A stretch of 64,000 nucleotides of DNA from an uncultured Clostridia bacterium (lineage in GTDB: Bacteria; Bacillota; Clostridia; Christensenellales; Borkfalkiaceae): NCBI GenBank assembly GCA_904502225.1, contig CAJGDO010000002.1:1425-65424 (forward strand), written 5' to 3'. The notes beneath the pieces were generated by a model. That model saw nothing but the letters and a program-made list of their open reading frames with translations. It searched no databases and was not told the origin of the DNA. The translations under genes and the position numbers were made by a program. Below, piece by piece: positions 9,211 through 17,619 of this stretch (position 1 is its first letter; the number at the start of each line of letters is the position of its first letter).

Positions 9211-9969
9211 CTATGCTTTTTCAAGTAGCATTTTATCGGCAATAAGTGCTATAAATTCGCCATTTGTCGGCTTTTCCGCACCAATATATGCACGAACGCC
9301 CAAAATTGAGTTAATGCTTTCAATCCTTCCCCTATTCCAAGCAACTTCTATTGCGTGGCGAATTGCACGCTCAACCTTGCTTGCAGTCGTTTGGTATTTT
9401 TCGCCAATCGATGGATAAAGTTTTTTGGTTATGTTGTTGATAATTTCAGGTTCTTTAATTGCCATAAGCACGCCTTCCCTTAAAAACGAATAGCCTTTTA
9501 TATGTGGCGGGATTCCAACGTTAATAAAAATTCTGCTAACCTTTTCTTCAACGCTCATTTCGTGGAAACTTTCTTTTGCCTCTCTTGGCCTTGTTTCCAC
9601 TTTATCATCCATCTCGTTCAACCTTTCAATCAAAGCCGAAAAGTTAATAGGCTTTGCCATAAAATAATCTGCCCCAGCACTCATAACCTTTGCAACGACT
9701 TCTTCGCTCATAAGAGCACTAACGACAACAATTTTAACGCTTAACTTCATTTGTTTGATTTTGTAAATAACGCTTATGCCATCATACCCCACAAGCACCA
9801 AATCCATAACTAAAATTTTAGGTTTCTTTTCTTCTATCATAGGTAAAGCCGAAATTCCATCGGTGGCACAGCCAATAACGGAATAATCTTCGGTGGTAGA
9901 AAACAAGTTTGCTAGTTCTTCGTTTTGCTCTTTGGTACCCTGCAATAAAAACACCGTTCTTTTCTGCAT
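9211..9969 (-). CDS. spo0A: Sporulation master regulator Spo0A
   Basis: It has a receiver domain plus the Spo0A_C signature (GIPPHIKGYSFLREGVLMAI...ASKVERAIRHAIEVAWNRG...KPTNGEFIALIADK). Confidence 0.95.
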   Translation of the reverse strand: MQKRTVFLLQGTKEQNEELANLFSTTEDYSVIGCATDGISALPMIEEKKPKILVMDLVLVGYDGISVIYKIKQMKLSVKIVVVSALMSEEVVAKVMSAGADYFMAKPINFSALIERLNEMDDKVETRPREAKESFHEMSVEEKVSRIFINVGIPPHIKGYSFLREGVLMAIKEPEIINNITKKLYPSIGEKYQTTASKVERAIRHAIEVAWNRGRIESINSILGVRAYIGAEKPTNGEFIALIADKMLLEKA

Positions 9970-10054
9970 AAAACGCTCCTTTTCTCTTTATATTTGCATT
10001 TTACTATAATATTTTTATTATTGCAAGCGTTTTTTATCATATTTGTAAAATAAA

Positions 10055-10061
10055 TGTCGAA
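10055..10061 (+). promoter_or_regulatory. Spo0A box (TGTCGAA) upstream of spo0A
   Basis: This is an exact 0A-box heptamer 86 nt upstream of the spo0A start. It sits in the loop of a 10-bp inverted repeat (TTGTAAAATA / TATTTTACAA). Confidence 0.6.
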
Positions 10062-10111
10062 TATTTTACAAAATTACATTATTAGTGTTTTTCTAATGTT
10101 TTTCACTGTTT

Positions 10112-10118
10112 TTCGACA
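10112..10118 (-). promoter_or_regulatory. Spo0A box (TGTCGAA on the minus strand) upstream of spo0A
   Basis: The + strand reads TTCGACA, the exact reverse complement of the 0A box. It lies 143 nt upstream of the spo0A start. Confidence 0.55.
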
Positions 10119-10265
10119 TTGTTTTTGGGCATAATAAATTTTGTACAAAATTCGTGCGTTTGTTTACAAAGTTCGGGGAAAGGGCAAAAAAATAAAATTG
10201 CAAAAAGAAAACGCCTTGCGTTTAGGGCGTTCCTATAAGGGAATTTTAATTTAATACAAAAGTGT

Positions 10266-10311
10266 AGCCCACTATACTTCGCTTTAAGGCGAAATATGGT
10301 GGGCTTTTCTT
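10266..10311 (+). terminator. Nested hairpin plus T-run; terminator-like element with a second copy at 60044..60082
   Basis: The outer stem AGCCCAC/GTGGGCT encloses TATACTTCGC-tttaag-GCGAA and is followed by TTTTCTTT. It shares the core CACTATACTTCGC..GCGAA with the second copy. Confidence 0.5.
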
Positions 10312-10364
10312 TATCCACAAAATCTTAAAATAAAAAAGTTGTATTTTTAGCCGTGTGTCTAAAA

Positions 10365-10581
10365 GTGATATTGTTTACGCAGTAAACAGTTTAGCCGAGC
10401 GAAGCGAACGCCAACTGCGTAAGCAGTTATATTTTGGCTATCGCCAAAGTTATATTAAATAAATCCTTAACTCGCCGTAAGGCGAATATAACTGCCGTAA
10501 GGCAATCTCACTCGTCATTAGACGAATATCACAAATCCGTAAGGATTTATTTAATTGCCGAATCCCTTGTAGGGACTCGGC
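10365..10581 (+). repeat. Hairpin-array element, copy A: 8 or more mini-hairpins separated by oriented AT-rich 8-9 nt linkers
   Basis: Linkers are GTGATATT 10365-72, AGTTATATT 10425-33 and 10448-56, AATATAACT 10485-93, AATCTCACT 10504-12 and AATATCAC 10525-32. Hairpins are at 10373-87, 10413-28, 10434-47, 10473-84, 10494-503, 10513-24, 10533-48 and 10557-81. Four of them have GTAA loops on the + strand. Confidence 0.65.
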
Positions 10582-10609
10582 TTAGCAAGGCGTTTGTTGT
10601 TTAGTTTTT

Positions 10610-12487
10610 TTAGTCGTTAAACAATTCTTCTGCTTTTGTTAAGTATGCTTTCAAGTTGTCAGCGATAAGGTCATCGACAACTTCTCTATTAGAACTGTTT
10701 TTGAACTTTTTGAAGTAATCTTTAACTGCTTGGTATTTCACGTCAAAGCCGAGAGCCTTTGCTTCTTCAGTGTCAACGCAAACCATAATGCCGTCTAACT
10801 CTTTGTATTTTTCAATAACTTCAAGGGCTTTTTTGATATATGCAAGTTTATCTTCTTGAATATTTTTAACCTTGCCTTTTATTGAGCCAAGAGCGTTATA
10901 TTCGTCTAATACTTTGTTATATTCTTCCATAAATTCAGCGTCTTTTTCAGCATCGTCGCCAAGTCCGCCTTCTGGAAGATAAAGTTTGTCAATCTTTTCA
11001 GAAACAATGTCTGCCCTGTCGCTGTCAGCCATTTTGCCGATTTTTTTAGCGTTTTCTTCTTTTAAGAAATACAAATCGGTTTTGCCGTCTTCATCGGTGT
11101 CTTTTTCTTCAACTTCGCTTGCAAGGTCAATATATTCAATATAAGACTTTCCTAAAAGCGAACTATCGCAATAGAAGATATAATCTTTTGCATCATCACC
11201 TTGACCGACTGTTATAATTTTTGGCATATACCAACTTGTTTCAACGCTTGCGTCAGAAACACGAATTTCTTTTTCCAAGGTTTCCAAATTGATTTTAGCA
11301 ATTTCGCTTGATTCGTTGTAATAATATAAATATTCAACCCCGCCTTCGGTTCTAACAAAAAGCAATTTCAAAACGTCATCTTTTGTTAGAATAGGTTTTT
11401 TGGTCATTGCATCTTTTGTCAAAGCCGTTGTTTCATAAACGTTGGTTTCACCCACAACGTAAACTTTATCGAGTGAACCGTTGAAAAGGTTGGTTGACTT
11501 GATATAATCTTTGTTTATAATTTCAGTATTTTTTGTTTTCTCTGACCAATTTGCAGGTTCGCTTGCATCAGCAAGGCTGATTGCATAATACTTGGTCGTT
11601 CCATTTGTGGTTTTGCTATAGAAAAGATATCCGTTATGGATTAAAGAAATTTGGAATTTTTCGTTATACTTTTCTTGGTTGATTTGACCGGTTGCAACCC
11701 TCTTTGGCGTGTTGTTGCCAGCAATAACTGCATAAACTTCGTTATAAGTTGCAACGGTTCTTTCATAACCAGCCTTGTCTGCGTTATCTTTGTCGTATTT
11801 ATCTGTATAAACCGTTGCGGTAAAGTATGCAACCACACCGTTATAATCACTGCTACTAACAAAAGTCAAAGCATCCAAAGTGTATCCGTTTGCCGTTTTG
11901 TCCATTTTGATAACGGTTGACTTGGTGTCTTTTGCCGTGTTGTAGCAATAGAGTGCATTGTTTTCAAAATAATAAATGTAAACGGTGTTGTCAGCCTTAA
12001 CGATTCTATATTCGGTTGAAAGAGCGTTTATGGTAAAGAATTCATCAGTTTTGCCACTGCCATCAAGTTTGGTTCTCATAAACATCATTTTGCTTTTTGA
12101 AACTGTGCCGTAAGAGTTCTTTTCCACGCTTGGTGTGCCGTAATAAGCATAACCGCCATCGATAAACACGCCCATATTATAGTCTGAAGCAACCATAAGT
12201 TTTGGAACAACGATTTCAGAGTTAGACAAGTCGTTTTTATCAGCAACCATCAAAGCACCTTTCAAAGGTTCGCCCATCTTGTTGTTAGAAGTTGAAACGC
12301 CAAGACCGTTTATAAAATAGATATAGTTTTCGGTTTCAGCAATAAACCCGCCGTTGCTCCAAACCTCGCCACTGTTTTTCAAGGTCACCTTGCCAGACCA
12401 ACTACCCTCCGAACAGCCCGAAAGGGTTGCTATACCTAGCACTAAAACTAGCATTGCACAAACTATTTTGGCTAATAATTTTTTCAT
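10610..12487 (-). CDS. Surface lipoprotein with beta-propeller-like YxYY repeats (DUF5050-like); function unknown
   Basis: It has a lipobox (LSGC after a signal peptide) and repeated motifs (NYIYFING, GGYAYYGTP, VYIYYFENNALYCYN, GYLFYSKT). Confidence 0.75.
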   Translation of the reverse strand: MKKLLAKIVCAMLVLVLGIATLSGCSEGSWSGKVTLKNSGEVWSNGGFIAETENYIYFINGLGVSTSNNKMGEPLKGALMVADKNDLSNSEIVVPKLMVASDYNMGVFIDGGYAYYGTPSVEKNSYGTVSKSKMMFMRTKLDGSGKTDEFFTINALSTEYRIVKADNTVYIYYFENNALYCYNTAKDTKSTVIKMDKTANGYTLDALTFVSSSDYNGVVAYFTATVYTDKYDKDNADKAGYERTVATYNEVYAVIAGNNTPKRVATGQINQEKYNEKFQISLIHNGYLFYSKTTNGTTKYYAISLADASEPANWSEKTKNTEIINKDYIKSTNLFNGSLDKVYVVGETNVYETTALTKDAMTKKPILTKDDVLKLLFVRTEGGVEYLYYYNESSEIAKINLETLEKEIRVSDASVETSWYMPKIITVGQGDDAKDYIFYCDSSLLGKSYIEYIDLASEVEEKDTDEDGKTDLYFLKEENAKKIGKMADSDRADIVSEKIDKLYLPEGGLGDDAEKDAEFMEEYNKVLDEYNALGSIKGKVKNIQEDKLAYIKKALEVIEKYKELDGIMVCVDTEEAKALGFDVKYQAVKDYFKKFKNSSNREVVDDLIADNLKAYLTKAEELFND

Positions 12488-12641
12488 AAATTCTCCACCT
12501 AGTTCGGTAAACTTTTGTCGTTTTACCGAATATACTGTTTATAACTAACTTAATTTTAAAATATATCGCTATATATTATACCTTATATAAAAAAGTTTTG
12601 CAATTATTTTTACCTTTTTTTTCTTTCAAGGAGCAAATTAT

Positions 12642-12920
12642 ATGGATAAATTCGGCATTTTTAACCTTTTAAATTCCTTTTTTTCTTTAACCAATCAAAA
12701 AAATCAAGCCACTGAAAACCAACCTGCCCCTTCGGGCGACCTTTTGAGTGGGCTTTTATCATCTTTTACTAAAAATTTAAGCACCACGCAAAGCCAAAAC
12801 GTTAAAGCCGAAAAACCCGCCACTCTTTCCCCTCACCCGCTCCAAGAACAAATGCTTTCAACCGTTGTCAACCACGATGCTTTGGTAAAAAGGGTTAAGG
12901 AAAAACAAAAAACCTTTTAA
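12642..12920 (+). CDS. Hypothetical small protein (92 aa)
   Basis: The ATG is preceded by the RBS AAGGAG. No motif was recognised. Confidence 0.5.
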   Translation: MDKFGIFNLLNSFFSLTNQKNQATENQPAPSGDLLSGLLSSFTKNLSTTQSQNVKAEKPATLSPHPLQEQMLSTVVNHDALVKRVKEKQKTF

Positions 12921-13031
12921 GGTTTGGGTATTAAGGTTTTTGTCTATTATGCATTTTAACCACTTAAAACCAAAAAAAAGCAAGGGAAAAAACCCTTGCT
13001 TTTTGTGTTTTTTGATAATATCGATTTCCAA

Positions 13032-13445
13032 TTATCTCTTTGAGAATTGTGGAGCACGACGAGCCTTTTTCAAGCCGTATTTCTTTCTTTCCTTCATTCT
13101 TGAATCTCTGGTTAAGAAACCTGCTTTCTTAAGAGCTGCTCTCGTTTCTGGTTCTGCTTGCAATAAAGCACGAGCGATACCATGACGGATAGCACCTGCT
13201 TGGCCAGTGAAACCACCACCGCAAACGTTTACGATAACGTCGTATTTAGCGTCTGCTTCAACCAAAACTAATGGTTGGCGAACGATAAGTTTAAGAGTGT
13301 CAAGACACAAATATTCATCAACAGACTTGCCGTTAATGGTTATTGCACCGTCACCTGCTGGGATAAGACGAACACGAGCAATTGCTTTCTTTCTTCTGCC
13401 TGTTCCCCAATATTGAACTTTTTTCTTTGATGTTGCTTTTGCCAT
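13032..13445 (-). CDS. rpsI: 30S ribosomal protein S9
   Basis: The S9 signature is present: [19 protein letters not shown]...[18 protein letters not shown]. Confidence 0.95.
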   Translation of the reverse strand: MAKATSKKKVQYWGTGRRKKAIARVRLIPAGDGAITINGKSVDEYLCLDTLKLIVRQPLVLVEADAKYDVIVNVCGGGFTGQAGAIRHGIARALLQAEPETRAALKKAGFLTRDSRMKERKKYGLKKARRAPQFSKR

Positions 13446-13458
13446 ATCTCCACCTCAA

Positions 13459-13890
13459 TTAAACTAATTTAAGCGTTTCAGGTTTTTGAGCCTGATGGTT
13501 GTGTTCTGCACCACGATAAACTTTAAGTTTGGTGAGCATAGAACGACCTAAACTGTTCTTTGGAAGCATGCCTTTAACTGCTTCGTAAACAACAAAGTCT
13601 GCTTTGTTTTCCATTAAAGACTTATATTGAATTGATTTAAGTCCACCGATGTGACCGGTATGGTAAGTGTAATATTTCTTTTCTAATTTTTTGCCGGTTA
13701 ATAAAACCTTATCGCAATTAACAACGATAACGAAATCGCCCGTATCAACGTTTGGAGTGAAAGTTGGCTTATTTTTGCCACGAAGAATTGCAGCGACTTT
13801 AGATGCGAGCCTACCTAAAACAAGACCTTCAGCATCAACAACATACCACTTTCTTTCCACGGTTTCTTTGTGAGCCATGTAAGTTTTCAT
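13459..13890 (-). CDS. rplM: 50S ribosomal protein L13
   Basis: The product begins [17 protein letters not shown] and continues ...[10 protein letters not shown]. It lies directly upstream of rpsI. Confidence 0.95.
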   Translation of the reverse strand: MKTYMAHKETVERKWYVVDAEGLVLGRLASKVAAILRGKNKPTFTPNVDTGDFVIVVNCDKVLLTGKKLEKKYYTYHTGHIGGLKSIQYKSLMENKADFVVYEAVKGMLPKNSLGRSMLTKLKVYRGAEHNHQAQKPETLKLV

Positions 13891-14156
13891 TGATTTTCTC
13901 CTTATAAATTGTATTTAATGTTAAGTGTTTTATATAAAAATCGTTCGATTGCCGTACACGAAACAGGCAATGTTGAGAGGGCTAATCTCAAAAATATCCG
14001 AACTTTTCCTTATAAACGCCTAAATATATTAACTTTTTTTGCAATTTAAGTCAAGCATTTTTAAGGCTTTTTTATGCTTTTTCTTTTATTTTTTGTATAT
14101 TTTTTATACACGGTCTATATATTGTGGTGCTTTTGACTTTTTACCACAAAAATTCA

Positions 14157-14888
14157 CTAATATTCAACTTTCATTAAGGTTAAGCCTTTGGCAGATAAAG
14201 TTTTTCCACCCAAACTTCTCTTTCCCGTTGACAACATTTTTATAACGTCTTCTTTTTTGATTTTTCCACTGCCAACTTTTAAGAGTGTGCCAACCATAAT
14301 TCTGACCATATTATATAAAAAGCCGTTTCCACAAATGTAAAAATCAATTTGCCCGTCTTTTTCAATAATGTCAATGCTATAAATAGTTCTCACTGTGGTT
14401 TTTGCCCCGCCACCGCTTGCACTCATGCACTTAAAATCGTGTTCGCCAAGCAAAATTAAAGCCGTTTCTTTCATCTTTTTAATATCGGGCATCTTTTCCA
14501 CTTGAACGGCGTATCTATCCCTTAACGGAAGTATACTTTGGCTGACGTAAGTTGAATATCTGTAAGTCTTTTTTACAGCGTCTCTGGTTGCGTGAAAGTC
14601 CGGCTCGGCAAGTTCGCTTTTGATAACCTTTATATCGTCTGGAAGATGGATATTGAGTGCCAAAAAGAACTTTTCTGGTGGGATAGAAGAGTTTGTGTCA
14701 AAGTGTGCAACCTGCCCCAAAGCGTGAACGCCAGCGTCCGTTCTGCCACTTCCCGTCACCCTAACTTTTTCACCCGTCACTTGAAAAATGGCTTGTTCTA
14801 TTTTTTCTTGAACGGTGACTGCGTTTGGTTGAACTTGCCAACCACAGTAAGAAGTGCCGTCATAACTAACTAAAAGTTTAATTCTCAT
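14157..14888 (-). CDS. truA: tRNA pseudouridine38-40 synthase
   Basis: Motifs YDGTSYCGWQVQPN and GSGRTDAGVHA are present. It sits in the conserved ecf-truA-rplM context. Confidence 0.9.
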   Translation of the reverse strand: MRIKLLVSYDGTSYCGWQVQPNAVTVQEKIEQAIFQVTGEKVRVTGSGRTDAGVHALGQVAHFDTNSSIPPEKFFLALNIHLPDDIKVIKSELAEPDFHATRDAVKKTYRYSTYVSQSILPLRDRYAVQVEKMPDIKKMKETALILLGEHDFKCMSASGGGAKTTVRTIYSIDIIEKDGQIDFYICGNGFLYNMVRIMVGTLLKVGSGKIKKEDVIKMLSTGKRSLGGKTLSAKGLTLMKVEY

Positions 14889-15709
14889 AACACCACCGCC
14901 AAAAATCCAGAAATATTTAAAAACACAATGCCCGTGATAAGCCCAGCCACTGCCAAAAAGCCTATCAAATCTCTAAAGGTAAAGGTCAATTTTTTATATC
15001 TCGTTCTGTTTTTACTGCCCGAATAGCACCTTGCATCCATAGCGTCCGCAAGTTCGTCTGCACGGCGGAAAGAACTGATTAAAAGCGGAATTAAAATAGG
15101 GATAAGCGACTTAATTTTCTTAAAAATATTGCCACTTTCAAAGTCTGCACCCCTTGCTTTTTGAGCCTTAATAATCCTGTCCGTTTCTTCTAAAAGGGTT
15201 GGGATAAACCTTAAAGCAATGCTCATAATTAAAGCAAATTCGTGCACGGGAAATTTGATAAATTTTAATGGATATAATAAACTTTCAATACCGTCTGCAA
15301 GTTCAACGGGCGAAGTGGTTAAGGTCAAAAGACTTGCCCCCAAAACCACAAGCGAAATCCTTGCGATTATAAACCCTGCGTTAAGCAAGCCCACGTCGGT
15401 AATTTTAATAAATTGCCACTCAAAAATCACCTTGCCACTCGTGTTAAAAAACAACTGCAAAATGCCCGACAAAATGATTAAAAAGAGTATGGCTTTTATG
15501 CTTTTAAGCACCCTTAAAAAAGGCACTTTTGCAAACGCCGTTGCGACCAAAACGAACAGCAAGCAAAGGGCAAAGCCCATAAATTGAAACTGTTTAACTA
15601 TAAAGACGGCAACAATGTATGCTATAACGGCTAAAATTTTCATTCTTGCGTCCATTTTGTGAACGAAAGAAGTTGCTGGATAATATTGACCAAAGGCTAC
15701 GTCTTTCAT
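14885..15709 (-). CDS. ecfT: Energy-coupling factor transporter transmembrane component EcfT
   Basis: A multi-TM protein with an EcfT-type C-terminal motif (ARGADF...RRADELADAMDARCY), located downstream of two EcfA ATPases. Confidence 0.9.
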   Translation of the reverse strand: MKDVAFGQYYPATSFVHKMDARMKILAVIAYIVAVFIVKQFQFMGFALCLLFVLVATAFAKVPFLRVLKSIKAILFLIILSGILQLFFNTSGKVIFEWQFIKITDVGLLNAGFIIARISLVVLGASLLTLTTSPVELADGIESLLYPLKFIKFPVHEFALIMSIALRFIPTLLEETDRIIKAQKARGADFESGNIFKKIKSLIPILIPLLISSFRRADELADAMDARCYSGSKNRTRYKKLTFTFRDLIGFLAVAGLITGIVFLNISGFLAVVL

Positions 15710-16572
15710 AACTTTGCCCCCCTTTCTTTAACCGCCCTAACAAAGTCCTTAACGGTTAAATCACAGTCGATATTTATACCTTTTTTGCTTAACTCTCTAA
15801 CAACTTTTGCCGTTGTTGGAAGGTCAAGCGACAAACTTTCAATAAGGTTATAATCAGAAAAAATTTCTTTTGGGCTTCCGACTGCACAAATTTTTCCGTG
15901 TGAAAAAACAGCCGTTTTCGTACAGTGTTCGGCAACCAAATTCATATCGTGCGAAACGATAATAATAGTCTTTACAAAATTTTTGTGTAGCGAGTGTAAA
16001 AGACTTAAAAAATCCCTTTTTCCAACAGGGTCTAACCCCGCAGCCGGCTCGTCAAGCACCAAAATTTCCGGTCTTGAAACGATAACGCCCGCAATCGCCA
16101 CCCTTCTTTTTTGCCCGCCAGAAAGTTCAAAAGGGGACTTGTCTTTGACTTGTTCATAGTTTAGCCCAACAAGTTCAATTGCCCGCCTTACCCTTTCTTC
16201 CATTTGGCTTTCGCTTAACTCTTTTTCAAAGTTTTTAAGGGCAAAAGCAACGTCCTCAAACACGGTTTCGGCAAAAAGTTGATGCTCTGGATATTGGAAA
16301 ACCATACCAATTTTCGACCTTAAACCCTTAAAGTCGCACTTCTTGTCTTGCAAACAAAATTCACCTATTTGAATTTCGCCCTTGTCTTTTGCTATCTTAA
16401 TAAGCCCGTTTAAGTGTTGAACGAAAGTGGTTTTTCCGCTGCCCGTTTGCCCGATTATGCCAAAAAATTCGCCTTCGTTTATGGTTAAAGACACGTTGTC
16501 GAGAGCCTTAACCGAAAGGTCACGGGAACTTTCGCTATACACGTATGTTAGATTTTTAACGTCTATTTGCAT
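15706..16572 (-). CDS. ecfA2: ECF transporter ATPase EcfA2
   Basis: It has Walker A (GQTGSGKTT) and the ABC signature (LSGGQKRR). I prefer the ATG at 16572, which follows a GGAGGG RBS, over the TTG at 16587 used by the ORF track. Confidence 0.9.
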   Translation of the reverse strand: MQIDVKNLTYVYSESSRDLSVKALDNVSLTINEGEFFGIIGQTGSGKTTFVQHLNGLIKIAKDKGEIQIGEFCLQDKKCDFKGLRSKIGMVFQYPEHQLFAETVFEDVAFALKNFEKELSESQMEERVRRAIELVGLNYEQVKDKSPFELSGGQKRRVAIAGVIVSRPEILVLDEPAAGLDPVGKRDFLSLLHSLHKNFVKTIIIVSHDMNLVAEHCTKTAVFSHGKICAVGSPKEIFSDYNLIESLSLDLPTTAKVVRELSKKGINIDCDLTVKDFVRAVKERGAKL

Positions 16573-17402
16573 AAGCCCTCCGACCAACCGATAAGAGAAG
16601 ACACAAGGTCATTTTCGGTCAACACTTCGCTATTTAAGTCTATTCCGTTTTGCTTTAACTCGTCTGCAATCACTGTTGAAACAGGAAGTTCAAGTCCGAG
16701 CGAGCGGATTTTATCTTTTTTAGCAAAAATTTCTTTTGGCGTGCCAGAAAGCACGACTTCGCCCTTGTTTAAAACCAAAACTCTATCCGCATTAACTACT
16801 TCGTCCATATAATGCGTGATGTTTATAATTGTTGTTTTTTGTTCCTTGTTAAGTTTTTTTGCCACTTCCAACACTTCGTTTCTGCCTTGTGGGTCAAGCA
16901 TAGCCGTCGATTCATCAAGCACCAAAACTTTTGGGTTAAGTGCCAAAACGCCAGCGATAGCAATTCTTTGTTTTTGCCCGCCAGAAAGCCTTGATGGGCT
17001 TGATTTTCTAAACTTTTGCATGCCGACAGCCGAAAGTGCAAAGTCTATCCTTTTGCCGATTTCTTGTCTTTTTACCCCCAAATTTTCTGGGCCGAACGCA
17101 ATATCATCTTCAACGATTGAAGCGATAAGTTGGTTGTCAGGGTTTTGGAAAACAACGCCCACCCTTTTTCTAACTTCAAACACCTGCTTTTTATCAGCAC
17201 AGTCAAAGCCATCGACAACAACTTTGCCTTTTTGAGCCTTTATAAGACCGTTGAAAAGTTTTGCAAGCGTGCTTTTGCCACTTCCGTTATGTCCGATAAC
17301 GGCAATATATTCCCCTTCAAAAATTGAAAGGGAAACGTTTTTGATAACGTCTATATTGTTGTCGTAAGAAAAACTGACGTTTTCCAAGTTAATAAGTGGC
17401 AT
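16563..17402 (-). CDS. ecfA1: ECF transporter ATPase EcfA1
   Basis: It has Walker A (GHNGSGKST) and the ABC signature (LSGGQKQR). Confidence 0.9.
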   Translation of the reverse strand: MPLINLENVSFSYDNNIDVIKNVSLSIFEGEYIAVIGHNGSGKSTLAKLFNGLIKAQKGKVVVDGFDCADKKQVFEVRKRVGVVFQNPDNQLIASIVEDDIAFGPENLGVKRQEIGKRIDFALSAVGMQKFRKSSPSRLSGGQKQRIAIAGVLALNPKVLVLDESTAMLDPQGRNEVLEVAKKLNKEQKTTIINITHYMDEVVNADRVLVLNKGEVVLSGTPKEIFAKKDKIRSLGLELPVSTVIADELKQNGIDLNSEVLTENDLVSSLIGWSEGLCK

Positions 17403-17533
17403 TTTTTCATCCTTAACAAAAATTTAATATTGATATTATACCAAAGGTCAAAATTTTTTACAAGCGAAAACAAAAGTTAATCGCCATAAATTTAATATTC
17501 GCCCAAAAACTTAATAAAAATTTTCTTTTTTCG

Positions 17534-17562
17534 TTGACTATTTTTTATTAAGAGTTTATAAT
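17534..17562 (+). promoter_or_regulatory. SigA-type promoter of the PFOR gene
   Basis: TTGACT, a 17-nt spacer, then TATAAT. The PFOR start is 58 nt downstream. Confidence 0.6.
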
Positions 17563-17619
17563 GATACTGTTAATTTAATATAACAAATTATTTTACTATA
17601 ATCTTATGGAGGATTTTTT

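Noticed and set aside
10103-10318. 71-aa minus-strand ORF in the spo0A upstream spacer
   Set aside because: It has no RBS. It spans the 0A-box regulatory region and the nested-hairpin element. The sequence is better explained as regulatory or structured noncoding DNA.
10311-10319. Perfect DnaA box TTATCCACA
   Set aside because: It is a single isolated box with no cluster or adjacent DUE, so it is not sufficient to call oriC. It may be a chance occurrence or a lone regulatory site.
10365-10581. A CRISPR-array interpretation of the hairpin arrays (also 32557..32767)
   Set aside because: The period is only about 20-24 nt. The constant part is 8-9 nt and AT-rich, and it flips orientation mid-array. 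The variable parts are self-complementary hairpins rather than spacers. No cas genes are present in the window.
13891-14040. Possible ribosomal-protein leader (L13-type) upstream of rplM
   Set aside because: A hairpin (ATTGCC...GGCAAT on the minus strand) is visible, but I cannot match it to a known leader consensus by eye. It needs an Rfam scan.
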